Below are positions 1-12,756 of a stretch of DNA of 64,000 nucleotides, piece by piece. A model generated the notes under the pieces. It saw nothing but the letters and a program-made list of their open reading frames with translations. It had not been told where the DNA came from and ran no database searches. Position 1 is the stretch's first letter. The number at the start of each line of letters is the position of its first letter. The position numbers and the translations under genes are program-made. Where the stretch lies: assembly GCF_004010195.1 (NCBI RefSeq), contig NC_057719.1, forward strand, positions 14,727,849 through 14,791,848. The letters run 5' to 3'. This DNA comes from Chiloscyllium plagiosum (Eukaryota).

Positions 1-315
1 TCTGGCTGTCAGTTCAGAAATGCTCTTGATGTACGGTAGTTTGGCTAGTCCTTTGGGTTGTGGCATGTCCTCATTCTGTTGTCTTTCCCTTAGGCATCTG
101 TTGATGAAATTGCGGGGTTATCCGTTTTTGGCGAATACATTGTATAGGTGTTCTTCTTCCTCTTTTTGCAGTTCTGGTGTACTGAAGTGTGTTGTGGCCC
201 TTTTGAACAGTGTCTTGATGCAACTTCTTTTGTGTATGTTGGGGTGGTTGCTTTCGTAGTTCAGGACTTGGTCTGTGTGTGTGGCTTTCCTGTATCCCTT
301 TGTGGTGAATTGGCC
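1..315 (-). mobile_element. Penelope-like element (Poseidon-type) RT C-terminal/thumb fragment
   Basis: Minus-strand ORF 118-363 reads YRKATHTDQVLNYESNHPNIHKRSCIKTLFKRA, matching the PLE YRKxTHTDxxLxxxSxHP motif. Confidence 0.8.
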
Positions 316-555
316 GTTCGGTGTTCTCTGTACATCACATCTAGGATTGGGAGCTGACCTCAAGTGTACAATAAAATCTCATGGAGAGGTGCTTCTGATG
401 AGTTTAGGAGGCCTGTTAAAGAGGACCCTTCCCACGTTTGGTGTTCTCTGTACATCACATCTAAGATTGGGAGCTGACCTCAAGTGTACAATAAAATCTC
501 ATGGAGAGGTGCTTCTGATGAGTTTAGGAGGCCTGTTAAAGAGGACCCTTCCCAC
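316..555. repeat. 120-bp tandem duplication (316-435 / 436-555)
   Basis: Two copies with period 120, differing at about 2 positions. Confidence 0.95.
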
Positions 556-765
556 CAGCCACCAGACAATGCAGGAAAACCTGCACAGCCGTGCACTTGG
601 CATGGAAATCTCCCATCGTGGTCAAACCCTGGAGGCAGTCAGATGAGACCCTGTAATGAACATTCACTATCCACATAAGGACCTCAGTTGGGTCCAACGG
701 CAAGCAGACCAGTCCCCAATAACCCTTTGCTGCTGATTGGTGGCACTCCATCTACTGACTTGAAT

Positions 766-970
766 TAACTCCCCCACTCACCTATTGTACTCCATGCTAC
801 TTTCTCCCCATCCCCACCCTCCTCGAGCTTATCTCTCCACGCTTCCGGCTGTCTGCCTTTATTCCTGATGAAGGGCTTTTGCCCGAAACATCGATGCTGC
901 CTGAATTGCTGTGCTCTTTCAGCACCACTAATCCAGAATCTGGTTTCCAGCATCTGCAGTCATTGTTTTT
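766..970 (+). mobile_element. PLE 3' terminal (pLTR) fragment with hammerhead core and tail
   Basis: Homologous to 25985-26176; contains cctgatgaagggcttttgcccgaaacatc and the tail tctggtttccagcatctgcagtc. Confidence 0.85.
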
Positions 971-1182
971 ACCTACTGAATGACATGGAGTTGACTGAGG
1001 ATCTCTGGTGTAGCTTAGGTTCAGCACAGCATTGCGTTGCAAGGTGCAAAATGATTTTCAGCCAAAGTAAGCAAGATTAATAGCACTACTAGTGGAAGTC
1101 AATCTAAAAAATAGCTGATCTCTATGCTAACCTCAAATTTTAGGCATCTATAGGAGACTTCATTTGATTCAGCCACCCTCCT

Positions 1183-1470
1183 ATGATGGCTCAGTGGTTA
1201 ACACTGCTGCCCCATAGTGCCAGGGACCCGGGTTCAGTTCCAGCCTGTGTGGCATTTACACATTCTCCCTGTGCCTGCATGAGTTTATTCTGCGTGCTCT
1301 AGTTTCCACCCACAGTCCAAAGCCATACAGGTTCGTTGGATTGGCCATGTTAATTTATCTACGGAAGTGTAGCTAAGGGAAAGATGGTGTTAGTGGGACA
1401 CTCTTTGGAGGTTCAGTATGGACATGATAGGCCAAATGGCCTGCTTTGGCACTGTAGGGATTCTATGATT
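1183..1470 (+). mobile_element. HE1-type V-SINE, degraded
   Basis: tRNA-like head ggctcagtggttaacactgctgcc...gacccgggttc, V-domain, CR1-like tail. Confidence 0.85.
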
Positions 1471-1580
1471 AACTGCTAATGTTGAGAGAGGCTTTTCTGT
1501 GCAATTCAGCAAACGTTGCCAAGAGCAGCAGTAAAGGCAGTTTGGGGTTTAACAGCTGGTCTGCTTTCTTAGAGTTGAGT

Positions 1581-2042
1581 ACAAAGTGTGGTTCTGGAAA
1601 AGCACAGCAGGTCAGGTAGCATCCGAGGAGCAGAAGAATCGACGTTTCGGCCAAAAACCCTTCATCAGGAATGAGGCTGTGAGCCGAGGGAGTGGTGAGA
1701 TAAATGGGAGGTGGTTGGGACTGGCGAGAAGGTAGCTGAGAATGCAATAGGTAGATTGAGGAGGGGTAAAGGTGATGGGTCGGAGGGGAGGTGGAGCGGA
1801 TAGGTGGGTAGGGAGATTGACAGGTGGAACAGGTCATGAGGGCGGTGCCGAGTTGGAAGGTTGGAACTGGGGTAAGGTGGAGGGAGGGGAAATGAGGAAA
1901 CTGATGAAATCCACATTAATGCCATGAGGTTGGAGGGTCCCGAGGCAGAATATGAGACGTTCTTCTTCCAGGCGTCTAGTGGTTAGGGAGTGATGATGGA
2001 GGAGGTCCAGGACCTGCGTGTCCTTGGCAGAGTGGGAGTTGA
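1581..2042 (-). mobile_element. 5'-truncated PLE (GIY-YIG end plus pLTR) with 15-bp TSD
   Basis: TSD ttcttagagttgagt at 1566-1580 and 2043-2057; hammerhead core on the minus strand at about 1637-1672. Confidence 0.9.
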
Positions 2043-2084
2043 TTCTTAGAGTTGAGTCTATTGGATACAGTAATGGTTTTTCTA

Positions 2085-2260
2085 TTCAGTCACAAGATAT
2101 AGGTTTCACTGACAGGCCAGGATTTATTGCCCATCCCTAGTTGCCCTTGAGAAGGTGGTGGTGAGTGCCTTCTTGAACTGTTGTAGTTCACCTGCTTTGG
2201 GTTGACCCACAATGCCATTAGTGAGGGAACAACAGGAATTTGACCCAGTGATTTACCCAG
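2085..2260 (-). mobile_element. 3' end of a CR1/L2-clade LINE (family B)
   Basis: ggccaggatttattgcccatccctagttgcccttgagaaggtggtggtgag recurs at about 13975, 35545 and 36820. Confidence 0.7.
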
Positions 2261-3134
2261 AGGGTAATTAGGTGTCAAAAAAATTGGATGGCATAGAGTA
2301 GGACTCCTGGCTGTAGTTCATCTGCTCCAATCGCTTTTCTTTCTTCTTGTTTTCTCACTTTAAGTTCTTTTTTTCCTTTCCCTACTTACCTTTTAGTGAG
2401 AGGTTGGTCGTGCAGGCAGTGGCAAACTTTTCTTAATTGAATTTAGATAAATGCAAGGAGCTGCATTTTGGAAAAGCAAATCGGAGCATGACCTATAAAC
2501 TTAATGGCAAGGTCCTAGGGAGTGTTGCTGAACAAAGAGACCTTGGAGTGCAGGTTCATAGCTCCTTGAAAGTGGAGTCGCAGGTAGATAGGATAGTGAA
2601 GAAATGTTTGGTATGCTTTCCTTTATTAGTCAGAGTATTGAGTACAGGAGTTGGGAGGTCCTGTTGCCGCTCTACAGGACATTGGTTAGGCCACTGTTGG
2701 AGTATTGCATGCAATTCTGGTCTCCTTCCTGTTGGACAGATGTTGTGAAACCTGAAAGGGTTCAGAAAAGATTTACAAGGATGTTGTCAGGTTTGGAGGA
2801 TTTGAGCTATAAGGAGAGGCTGAATAGTCTGGAGCTGTTTTCCCTGGAGTGTCAGAGGCTGCGGGGTGACCTTATAGAGGTTTGTAAAATCATGAGGGGC
2901 ATGAGTAGGATAAGTAGACAAGGTCTTTTCCCTGGGGAGTGGGGGAAGTCCAGAACTACAGGGTATAGTTTTAGGGTGAGAGGGGAAAGATATAAAAGGG
3001 ACCTAAGGGGCAGCTTTTTCTCACAGAGGGTGGTGCGTGTATGGAATCTGCTGCCAGCGGAAGTGGTGGAGGCTGGTACAAATACAGCAGTTCAAAGGCA
3101 TCTGTATGGGTATATGAATAGGAAGGGTTTAGAG

Positions 3135-5572
3135 TAGACCTGGACATTTTACGGCCCACGTGCCATGTCCAGCCCTTTGGTCGTTGCTGTCCCACATGAG
3201 GTCAATCTTAAATTAGAACATAATGAAAAAGTATTTATGCCATGCACGCAATACAACTGTGTTGCTTTTGTTCTGAAAATGATTTTTTAAAATTTACATA
3301 TGGACGCACATGCGCATGTATGTGCATACGTGCGTGCGTAACAGCTAAAAGTGATGCTTGCTGGTTAGCCCTCAAAATGCCAGCTCAAGCAAAAAAAAGC
3401 AAAGTTGATATGGAATGCCGCATTTTTAGCAAGACGTGGACTGCTAGATATTCATTTCCAGAAATCGGAGGTAAAGCCATGTGCTTGGTTTGTGGTGCAC
3501 AGGTCGCTGTGTTCAAGGATTATAATTTGAATCGCCACTACGTGACCAAACACGCCGAGAAGTACAACAATTTGTCTGATCAAGAGCGGGCAAAGGAGTC
3601 GGATGCTTTGCTAGCTAAGCTGCATAACCAGCAAAGACTTTTTACTCAACTTCACATATCCAGAGATGCAGCTGTCAAGACAAGTTATGTCATATCCCAC
3701 AAAATCGCCAGAAACAGTTAACCATTTTCTGATGGAGAGTTTATTAAGGAGTGCTTGTTGGACTCTGCAGAACTAATGTACCTGGAGAAAAAGGAGGCAT
3801 TTGAGAATGTGCCCCTCTCCTGACGCACTGTAACGAGAAGGATTGGGGACATCACGAGAAATCTGGAGCTTCAGCTGCAGCACAGAGCGGTCAACTTTGA
3901 CTTTTTTTCCTTGGCTCTGGATGAGAGCTGCGACATACGTGACACAGGCCAGCTACTCATCTTCGTACATGGGATAACTACGGACTTTAAAATCACGGAG
4001 TAGCTGGCCGCCATGCAGTCAATGAAAGGAAAAACAACTGGTAATGATTTGTTCATGGAGGTAAATGCATGTTTGGACACGTTGGGACTAAAATGGGGCA
4101 AGCTGGCCGGTGTGGCAGCGGATGGTTGTCCAAATCTAATGAGAAAACATGTTGGATTCTTAAAGAGAATGCAGGATAAAGTGACAGAAATTGATCCTGA
4201 ACAGAAATTGGTATTTTTGCATTGTATAATATATCAGGAAGTGTTGTGTAAGTCAGTGTTATGTAAGTCATGTGGTTGATGTTGTAACTAAAATAGTTAA
4301 CTTCATCAGGGCAAGAGCTTTGAATCAAAGGCAGTTTGTTGCACTTTTGGAGGAAAATGAGACTGAACATCGTGACATAGGCTACCACACAGCTGTCAGG
4401 TGGCTCAGCCTGGGCAAAATGCTGAAAAGTGTATGGAACCTGAGAGAAGACATTCAAGATTTCTGTGTGAAGAAAGGGAATGGCATTCCACAGCTTTCAG
4501 ATGCAGACTGGATTGCAGACCTTGGTTTTGCTGTTGATGTGACTGCACTTATGAATGAACTAAATGTGAAACTACAATGCAAGGGCCTTTTTGTGCATGA
4601 AATGTTACAACTCGGTGAAGGCTTTTATGAGAAAGTTGCAACTTCTCTCAAGCAAAATGGAGGACAATATTCTCACCCACTTGCCAACACTGAAGGAAGC
4701 CGCACCTTCAGCTGATCACCTCCACAGGTACTCATCTATGTTAGAAGCACTGCATGGTGAATTTTCGAGACGATTTCAAGACTTTAAAACGGTTGAGAAT
4801 GAAATGCACATGATTTTTTTCCCCATTTACATGCAATGTGGAGAGTGCACCTAGTGATGTTCAGCTTGAACTCACTGACCTGCAGTCTGACACACTTCTG
4901 GCAGAGTACTTTAGGTCAGTCTCACTGCTTGATTTTTACTCTTCCCTCAAAGAGCAAAACTTTCCACACATGAGGAGGCATGTTTAGAAGATTCTAGTCC
5001 TCTTTGGGTCTACCTATATATGCGAACATTCTCAGTGATGACGTTCAACAAATCCAAATACAGATCCTCTATCACTGATGATCACCTCTCAGCTGTCCTT
5101 CGCATTTCCACCTCAGACATTCACCCAGATTTCAGTGCACTTATTCAAGCCCAAAACAGACTGGATTTTTGACACTAAACAAGTAAAATGAACTGAAAAA
5201 CATCAAAAGCACTTATTGCTTTTTGTATAAAGTTGTTTGTTGTTTGTAATGCTGAACAATAATGAAACAACTTTTCATTATTGGTTTGTGAGATTAACAT
5301 GTAAAAAATAAAATGAAATACTGAAATTATTGTTTTTACTGTTTATTTCTTCTATATTTGACCTATTCCACAATTTCATGTCTTTATTGTAACAGAATAT
5401 CCTTATTCTTTTGATTATAAGTTTGAGTGCAAAACTATATAATTTAGTACTTTTTACAATGGGAGAAAATTAATATTGAGCAGAATTATGTTCAACTTAT
5501 TGTTAGTTCGGCCCTCCAACACAACTCAGGTTTCTCATGTGGCCCCTTGGAAGAATTAATTGCCCACCCCTG
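3135..5572 (+). mobile_element. hAT-superfamily (Charlie/Buster-type) DNA transposon, 2438 bp
   Basis: 8-bp TSD gtttagag/ctttagag (3127-3134, 5573-5580); right end ttgcccacccctg (reverse complement caggggtgggcaa); left end tagacctggacat; internal transposase. Confidence 0.92.
3377..5178 (+). pseudogene. Disrupted hAT transposase (GTF2IRD2-like), about 600 codons
   Basis: BED-like CLVC...RHYVTKH, SLALDESCD, DG, HCIIYQE, VRWLS, FGSTYICE; several stops and frameshifts. Confidence 0.92.
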
Positions 5573-7814
5573 CTTTAGAGAGATGTGGGCCAAGTGCTGG
5601 CAAATGGGACTGGGTTAGGCGAGGATATCTAGTCAGTGTGGACAAGTTGGACCGAAGCATCTGTTTCCATGCTGTACATCTCTGTGACTCTATGATTCTA
5701 TGAAATCAAATTCCACCATCTGACCTGGGGGAATTTGAACCTGACACCCCAGAACATTACCTGGGCCTCTGGATTAACGATCCAGTGATAATACATCCTT
5801 CTCCAACTGTTAACAAAACTACTTGTATGCTCTGTATTTCGAAACATTACCTTTGAGAAGTGCTTTCCATGAAGGTGTGCGGAAATAGAGAGAAGGAAAA
5901 CAAAGTAGGAAATGATGGTGACATTGTATTGACCAAGCGACCACGTTCGAGGTGAGATGCAATGTTTCTTTTTTTGTTGTGGAAAGTTAAAATTGCTTTT
6001 GCACATTTGCATTAGATTAAATAGTGTTTTCTATTTGTTGAATTGAAATATCAATTTTTGTCAACAACATGCATAATTTAGCCCGTGGAAAGAACGAACC
6101 CCATTGGGGACTGCTTTGTACGGCAGTACATAAGTGCATGTGGTCCCTAATTGCTTATACGTCACTCAGTATGGGCAACTGTTTGAGTATTTTCTTATGT
6201 AAAAGGCACACTTCCAGCGGGCAGGGTTCCCAGCCACATTGTGCACTTGGAAAATTATCTCTAATGTGTTTTCCTAATGTGCTTATCAGCAGTTATGAGT
6301 CATGTATTTCTATATATGAGTAGCGTCTGTGCCTGTGATCAACGTGCTTCCCTAAGCCAAGAGGCAACACATTAATGCCAACTGTTATATTTGAAATTTA
6401 GTGTGCCCTCTGGCAGGGGTTGCAGCCTCTGAAGTATCTTGTATTGAATCATGGTGTAACTCCTTTGTTTTGGTCACGGAAGGAAGCCATTTGGCCCATA
6501 TCTGTGCCAACTCTATGCTAGAACAATCCAAAGTTAATTCTACAGCTCTACACTCTGTCTTTTTCCCTGTAACCCTGTAACCTCCCCTGCTTCAAACGTT
6601 TAGCCAAGTTTGTCTTAAATTGTTACTGTGTGAATCATTTCCAGTGGCAACACATTCCATACCCACTATGGAAGGAACAACTGCTAATTCTCTTCTCATA
6701 AGCGTCGTGCTTTTTTTACCGATGATCCTTCATCATTGATGCCCCAACCAAAGGAAACAGGCCTTAATCTGTTCACTTTAACAAAACATTTCTGCATTAA
6801 TACTTTCTCCCACGTTTCATAACTGAATTCCTGGTATTAAATTGGTGAATTTACATTGTACATGATTTGAATGTCCTTTTTATCATAACTCAAAATTGCA
6901 TCATACTTTTAATAAAGCCTAATAAATGTTTTGTACAATTCCATAATTACTTTTCAATTCTTGCTCACACTGAAAGTATAATAACATTTCTTGTGGTTTT
7001 AGTTAATTTCATTTATACTTTCAGAAATCCTGGAAGTTCCTTTGTTTATCCAAAGTCTTCAGTGTCTTTAGATTATATCTAGTCCTTTTTTTTTCTTTCA
7101 ATATATACTGCCTCACTGTTGTCCACATTATTCCACCTGCCCTTCATGTTCCATTCAGCTCTTTGTGTTTTTCTGAAGATTTTTTTGATCTTTTTAATAG
7201 TTGGCATATCCATTCATGCTCGTATACCCAATGCCCAAGCCTAAATCAACAACCTGCACATTGAACATAATAAATATCCAAGTCATTTCACAGAGATGTA
7301 ACTTTTAAAAAAACAAATTCCTGTAGCACTCTTTTATTTGTTTCCTGTCAATCAATTCTTTCTATATCAAAACATTTCCTCTTGCACAATAACCCCAGAT
7401 TTTTCAAACAAACACAAAGCACATTAGAAAAGCAGAACATTTTCAATATATAACGAAGCTCTCCAATTTAGTTCATATGTGTCAAACAGCAGAAAGTGAA
7501 CTCCAGCCTAGTCCCACTTGCCAGCTCTTGGTCTGCAGTTCTGTCAATTATAGATCAGTTCAAGTGCATATCAAGGTATTTTTTGAATATGAAGATGGAA
7601 TCTGTTTTGTTGAGCATCTTCAAAAAAAAATACATTAACCTTGAATCTGTTGCATCTAGTGTATCATTTATTAAGAATGTTCTTTCAATATTTGTCAAAA
7701 CACAATCATAAACCTGCCTGTTACTCCTTCTGGTGACATTCCTAGAATGTCTTGTGCAAAGTTTGGCACAAGCACAAATCTGACACGATGTATCTGTCAG
7801 TCGTTGTTTTTTAA

Positions 7815-9050
7815 TTCATTCATAGCGTGCGAGTGTTGTTTCAAGGACAGTATTTGTTACCCAATCTATTTGCCTATAAGCCAGCTTCTTCAGCCACTGC
7901 AGTCCATCTTGTATAGGCATATCCACAGTGCTCTTTGGAAGGGAGTTCCAGATATCTGACTGAGTGACAGTGAAGGAATACTTTAACTCCAAGGCATGAT
8001 GATGTGTGACTTGAAGGTAAACTTGAAGGTATTGGTATTTCCATGGTGTTCTTTTAAATTGGTGAGGTTGTGAATTTGGAAGCTGCTGTTGAAGGAATCT
8101 TAGTGAGTTGTTGCAATGTGAATTGTAGATAACACACACTGCTGCCACGATATGTTAGTGATAAACGGAGTGAATGTTTAAGATGGTGGATGGGGTGTCA
8201 ATCAAGGCGGCAACCTTTTACTCGGATGGTGTCAAATGTCTTGAGAGCTGTTGGAGTTGTACTCATCCAGGCAAGTAAGCAGTATTCTACCACACTCCTG
8301 ACTTGCACCTTACAGATGGTGAAATGGTTTCGGGGACTCAAATGTGAGTTACTCATTGCAGAGCTTCTGTTGCTGATCTTCTTTTACAGACACGGCAATT
8401 ATATTGTTGGCAACAAAAACAAAAACAGAAATCGCTGGAAAAACTCAGCAGATCTGCCAGCATCTGTGGAGAAACGTTAGAGTTAACAGAGTTTCGGATC
8501 CAGTGACCTTTCTGATTTCTCTGCACAGGTGCTGCCAGACCTGTGGAGTATTTCCAGCAATTTCTGTTTTTGATTTTAATCTGATTTCCACATTCCACAG
8601 CTCTTTCATTTTTTTTCTTTAGAATTATATTGCTTTTCTGGGTAATTCTCTCATCAATGTTGACTATCGACATTGGTGGGATATTCAGCAACAGTATCAC
8701 CATTGAGTGTCTAAGGTAGAATGGTTAGTTTCTCTCTTGTTGGAGATATTTATTGCCTGACATCTAAGTGAAATGAATGTTACTTGCCACATTCTCAACT
8801 CAAGCCTGAAAGCTATCGAAGTTTTTCTGTACCCAAACATACACTGATTTGGTATTTGAAGAATCATAAATGGTACGAAACACTGTGCAATCGTCAGAAT
8901 GTTCCCACTTTATGTTGGAGGAAAAATCTTTTATGAAGCAGCTGAAGATGGTTAGGACTTGGACACTATCCTGATGAACCATGTAATGATGTCCTGGGGC
9001 TAAAATGATTGGCCTCTAACAGCCATCATCCTTTTGCGCTAGGCCCCAAG
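7815..9050 (-). mobile_element. Family B LINE RT/3' fragment, degraded and interrupted by a PLE mini-insertion
   Basis: Minus ORF 8800-8982 (HQDSVQVLTIFSCFIKDF...DDCTVF) resembles RT motifs PQGSVLGP and ADD; same tail as 2085-2260. Confidence 0.75.
8407..8622. mobile_element. Palindromic PLE-terminus mini-insertion (second PLE family) with 10-bp TSD
   Basis: Inverted arms acagaaatcgctggaaaaactcagcagatctgccagcatctgtggagaaa versus tttctctgcacaggtgctgccagacctgtggagtatttccagcaatttctgt; TSD aattatattg at 8397-8406 and 8623-8632. Confidence 0.75.
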
Positions 9051-9718
9051 GAGACATTTTTTCTTTTATTCTATTTACTTGGCAGATAAACTGATATTTT
9101 CACAAAACTACCTAAGAGATTTTCAAATAATATTTTCCATCCTTTCAGTTTGCTGATTATTCTTGGTATTCATCTTGACCAAGGAAGTCCATGTGAAATT
9201 GTAAATTCACCTTTGGCAGGCTAGCCCATATTGTGGCAATCTTAAAAACATAATTTACTTCAAAAATACATTGTTGGTTACTTGCTTGTAACCAATTAAT
9301 TGAAAAATAGAACTCATTATTGCTTGGAATAGTGAGTGAAAATTGCCTTTATTGTTCTAGGGCATGAGTTGGAGTCCAGGAAAGACAAAGTGATGAAAGG
9401 TTGTTCCTGCTGCCTTTATGTAAGTCTTGTGCATTAAAAAGATTTTGTGCAGTTCCAAGTTACTCTTGGATATGCATTCCCAACACAAAGATGCCTCTAA
9501 TTCATCACATGTGAGTATCAAATTGTTTACCTTAATGAAAAATACTGAAGTATATTCGATATGGGAAAGGATGAAATTCACTCAGGTGCAATGGAGGGTC
9601 TTCCGAGGTTGAGTGTTGTGGATTTTAGTGGGAATCTAACTCCACATTTTGTCTATTCATTTGATTTAGGCTGAGGGGGCTGAATGTTGGAATTGGGTGG
9701 TAAACGAAGAATTGAGAG

Positions 9719-10075
9719 GTAATGGCTTAGTGATAATATCCCTGGGCAAGAAGCCCATGAGTCATAGATTAATCCTCTGAAGACATGGCTTTGGATCTCA
9801 CCATGGCAGATGGTGAGAACTGAATTCAGCTAAAAAAAAATCTGGAATAAAAAGCTTGTTTTTGTGTAATGATGGCTGCTATTGGGTGTTGTTTTTTCAA
9901 AAAAAAATCTGGTTAATTAATGTCATTTAGGGAAGGAAATCTGCTATCCCTACCGAGTCTAGTCTACATGTGTCTCCAGATTCACAACAACATGATCAAC
10001 TCTTAGCTGTCCTCTGGGCAAGTGAGGATGGACAATAAGCGCTGGTCTAGCCAGCGATGCCCCCATCCCATTAAT
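9719..10075 (+). mobile_element. tRNA-derived SINE (family 2) sharing its 3' tail with family B LINE
   Basis: tRNA-like head; core agggaaggaaatctgc...atgtgtctccaga; homologs at 12757, 32790, 38360 and 47185. Confidence 0.75.
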
Positions 10076-10106
10076 GATTTATTTTTGTAAAAATGCACAA
10101 CATTGA

Positions 10107-10390
10107 TATTAGATTAGATTCCCTACAGTGTGGAAACAGGTCCTTTGGCCCAACAAGTCTACACCGACCCATTTCCCCCTGACTAATACACCTAACACTG
10201 TGGGCAATTTAGCAAGGCCAATTCACCTGGCCGACACATCTATGGACTGTGGGAGCAGCCAGGGGAAACCTGCACAGACAAGGGAAGAATGTGCCAACTC
10301 CACACAGGAAGTCACCCAAGTCTGGAATTGAACCTAGGTCCCTGGCATTGTGAGGCAGCAGTGCTAACCACTGAGCCAACGTGTCACCCC
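10107..10390 (-). mobile_element. HE1-type V-SINE
   Basis: Reverse complement of the HE1 body with ttagattagatt tail. Confidence 0.88.
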
Positions 10391-11281
10391 ATATGCCTCA
10401 ATATCACCTTGTCCCATTGCAATAAAATAATTATGGCTCTTTAACTCATCTGTTAAAATCTTTTAAAAGTGTGCATTATATGTTATTGACTCATTAAGGC
10501 CAGAATATGTTCTTAACATGTTTAAAACATAGAATCCACCGATGCAGTTACTTGATTGATGTTGCCCATTCTAATTCTCCAATTCATAGTGATGAGTGTA
10601 TTCTGTTATTAGTCATAATAATTAGCATGCACTAGCCTAGAGCTCTGTAATGAATTGCAAATGCAATAATGCAACAGTTAATGCTGGTTCAGGATGAAGC
10701 ATCAGCAGTTAATTAGCCAAAGAATTGCCTTCAGGCAGAGCGTACAAACCATACCATTTTGTTCCTACAACAGTTCTATAATGAAAGCTATTAGGCAGCA
10801 GTGAAAAGCATGCTTTACAGAGGACGTCCTTCAGGGCCTCAAAGTTGTAGTCAAGGAAAGACAAAATGGTATAACCTTGAACCAACTAACCTCAAGGTAG
10901 CATTTGAGCAATGACTAACCCTGCTCCAGCACCTAATGAAATTGGTTGGAGGTTCATAAAACCTCATGAGATATGAAGAAAGGCTCCAAGGTGAGCACTC
11001 ATATAATGGAGCAAGAGAAAAGCAAACTATGGGTGATCTAGCTGTCAGAGACTCATAAACAATTTTCTAAACTTGCATGAAATATAAGCTCAGGAAACTG
11101 TTTAAGATCCATGTGCTGTGTTGCAGGAAGTTTGATGACAGCATAAATGTTTTCTCAAAACTACTGGTATATGGTATTTATTACCTAGATGGTTCTCAGG
11201 TCCATGTCTGAATTTCAGAACGAAGAATAAATACTTATAGGTCCTTGCTAGTATTGAAACAGGATCTTTGAATAAACTAGC

Positions 11282-11845
11282 GTCATGGAGTCACTGAGAT
11301 GTGTAGCACAGAAACAGACCCTTCCGTCTAACTCGTCCATGTTGACCAGATATCCTAGATTAATCTAGTCCCATTTGCCGGCATTTGGCCCTTATTCCTC
11401 TAAACCCTTCCTATGCATATATCCATCCAGATGCCTTTTAAATATTGTAATTGTACCAGCCTCCACCATTTCCTCTGGCAGCTCATTCCATACACGCACA
11501 ACACTTTGCATGAAAAAGTTGCCTCCTCGGTCCCTTTTAAATCTTTCAGTTTCACCTTCTATGCCATTTAGTTTTTGACTCCCCCACCCTGAGGAAAAGA
11601 TCTTGTTTATTTACCTTAGTCATGCCCCTTATGATTTTATAAACTTCTATAAGTCACCCATCCGAAGCTCCAGGCAAAACAGCCCCAGACTATTCAGTTT
11701 CTTCCAATAGCCCAAATCCTCCAAACCTGGCAACATCCTTGTAAATCTTTTCTGAACCCTTTCAAGTTTCACAGCATTCTTCTTACAGCAGAGAGACCTG
11801 AATTGCATGCATTATTCCAAAACCTAGCCAATTGGCCTGACCAAT
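11282..11845 (-). mobile_element. CR1 3' fragment
   Basis: Reverse complement of the CR1 RT C-terminus and 3' UTR seen at 2700-3134/5581-5703. Confidence 0.9.
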
Positions 11846-12756
11846 CTTGTTGACGCTTTTCACATCGCATTTGTCAGACAATTTGTCAAAAAAAAAACAA
11901 ATGTAAAGGGAAAACAACATTTATACTGGCTGAGCAAAGACTAATTATTGGTTACCAATATCCAAGTTTGGCAGTCCGCTGTCAGTTCTTATCTAACTGG
12001 TGCATTTTCCATGGCAACACCTTCACCAATTAGAGTCCGCTTGCAAACCAATCAGCACTTTCCTCTCATACAGTCTAATTATTGTTTTTGCTTTACGATG
12101 TAATTTAATGTGAGTTGTCCCGGTGAGTTGAAGATTAAAAAAACTGTAGCATTATTGAAATGTTTACACAAAGAAGGAAGAACAGAGGCTTGCAGAAGTT
12201 TGTAAAATAAGGATAATTCTAAAGGGTGAGGTATATCAGCCAAGATTCTTCTTTTTCTGTGAAAATATATTGTGTTTATGAAATGTGCAAAGTACATTAC
12301 ATATAATGAATTGATTAAGTGCAGTCATATGCATTACGTGAGGTGCTTCATTCACTATGTTTGCCATTGCTGATTATATTTAAAATGTGCATTTGAATTT
12401 TGTGTCAAGCATGTATTCAACTCAAGAGATTTTACACTGTTTCCAGCTCCTCAGTATATAATTGGCAAGAGGGCTCAAGATAATGGGTCTTTCCCTTTTG
12501 AACTTTTGCAACAGCTACCTCAATCATCAGTGCATCCCTCAGGCCTGAACTTTGGAATGGGACAGTCTGTAACACTCAGTCATCAACAGTAGAGGAAAAC
12601 CAGCAAAGTTAAGGCAAACCAAACAGCAGCTTTCAACAATCTGATGGCTCACCAGCTAAAGGTCTGGGCAAAAGCCAGACTGGAGACCAGATTATAGTGT
12701 GAGGCATTTGTATATTGGCTTTAAGCTGTTAAAGATATCCTAAAGCACATCACTGT

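Larger units (their letters stand above)
2437..5703 (+). mobile_element. CR1 (HER1-like) LINE 3' portion, split by a hAT insertion (2437-3134 and 5573-5703)
   Basis: RT C-terminal peptides (LYRTLVRPLLEYCMQFWSP, LRGDLIEV, FFSQRVVRVWNLLP); the 3' UTR resumes after the TSD and ends in ctctatgattctatga. Confidence 0.95.

Noticed and set aside
3242..5178. Host gene GTF2IRD2/ZBED-like
   Set aside because: Stops, frameshifts, transposon ends and a TSD show a dead transposon, not a domesticated gene
11855..12150. Possible fourth PLE terminus with a decayed hammerhead (ccggtgag...gattaaaa)
   Set aside because: Too degenerate to support
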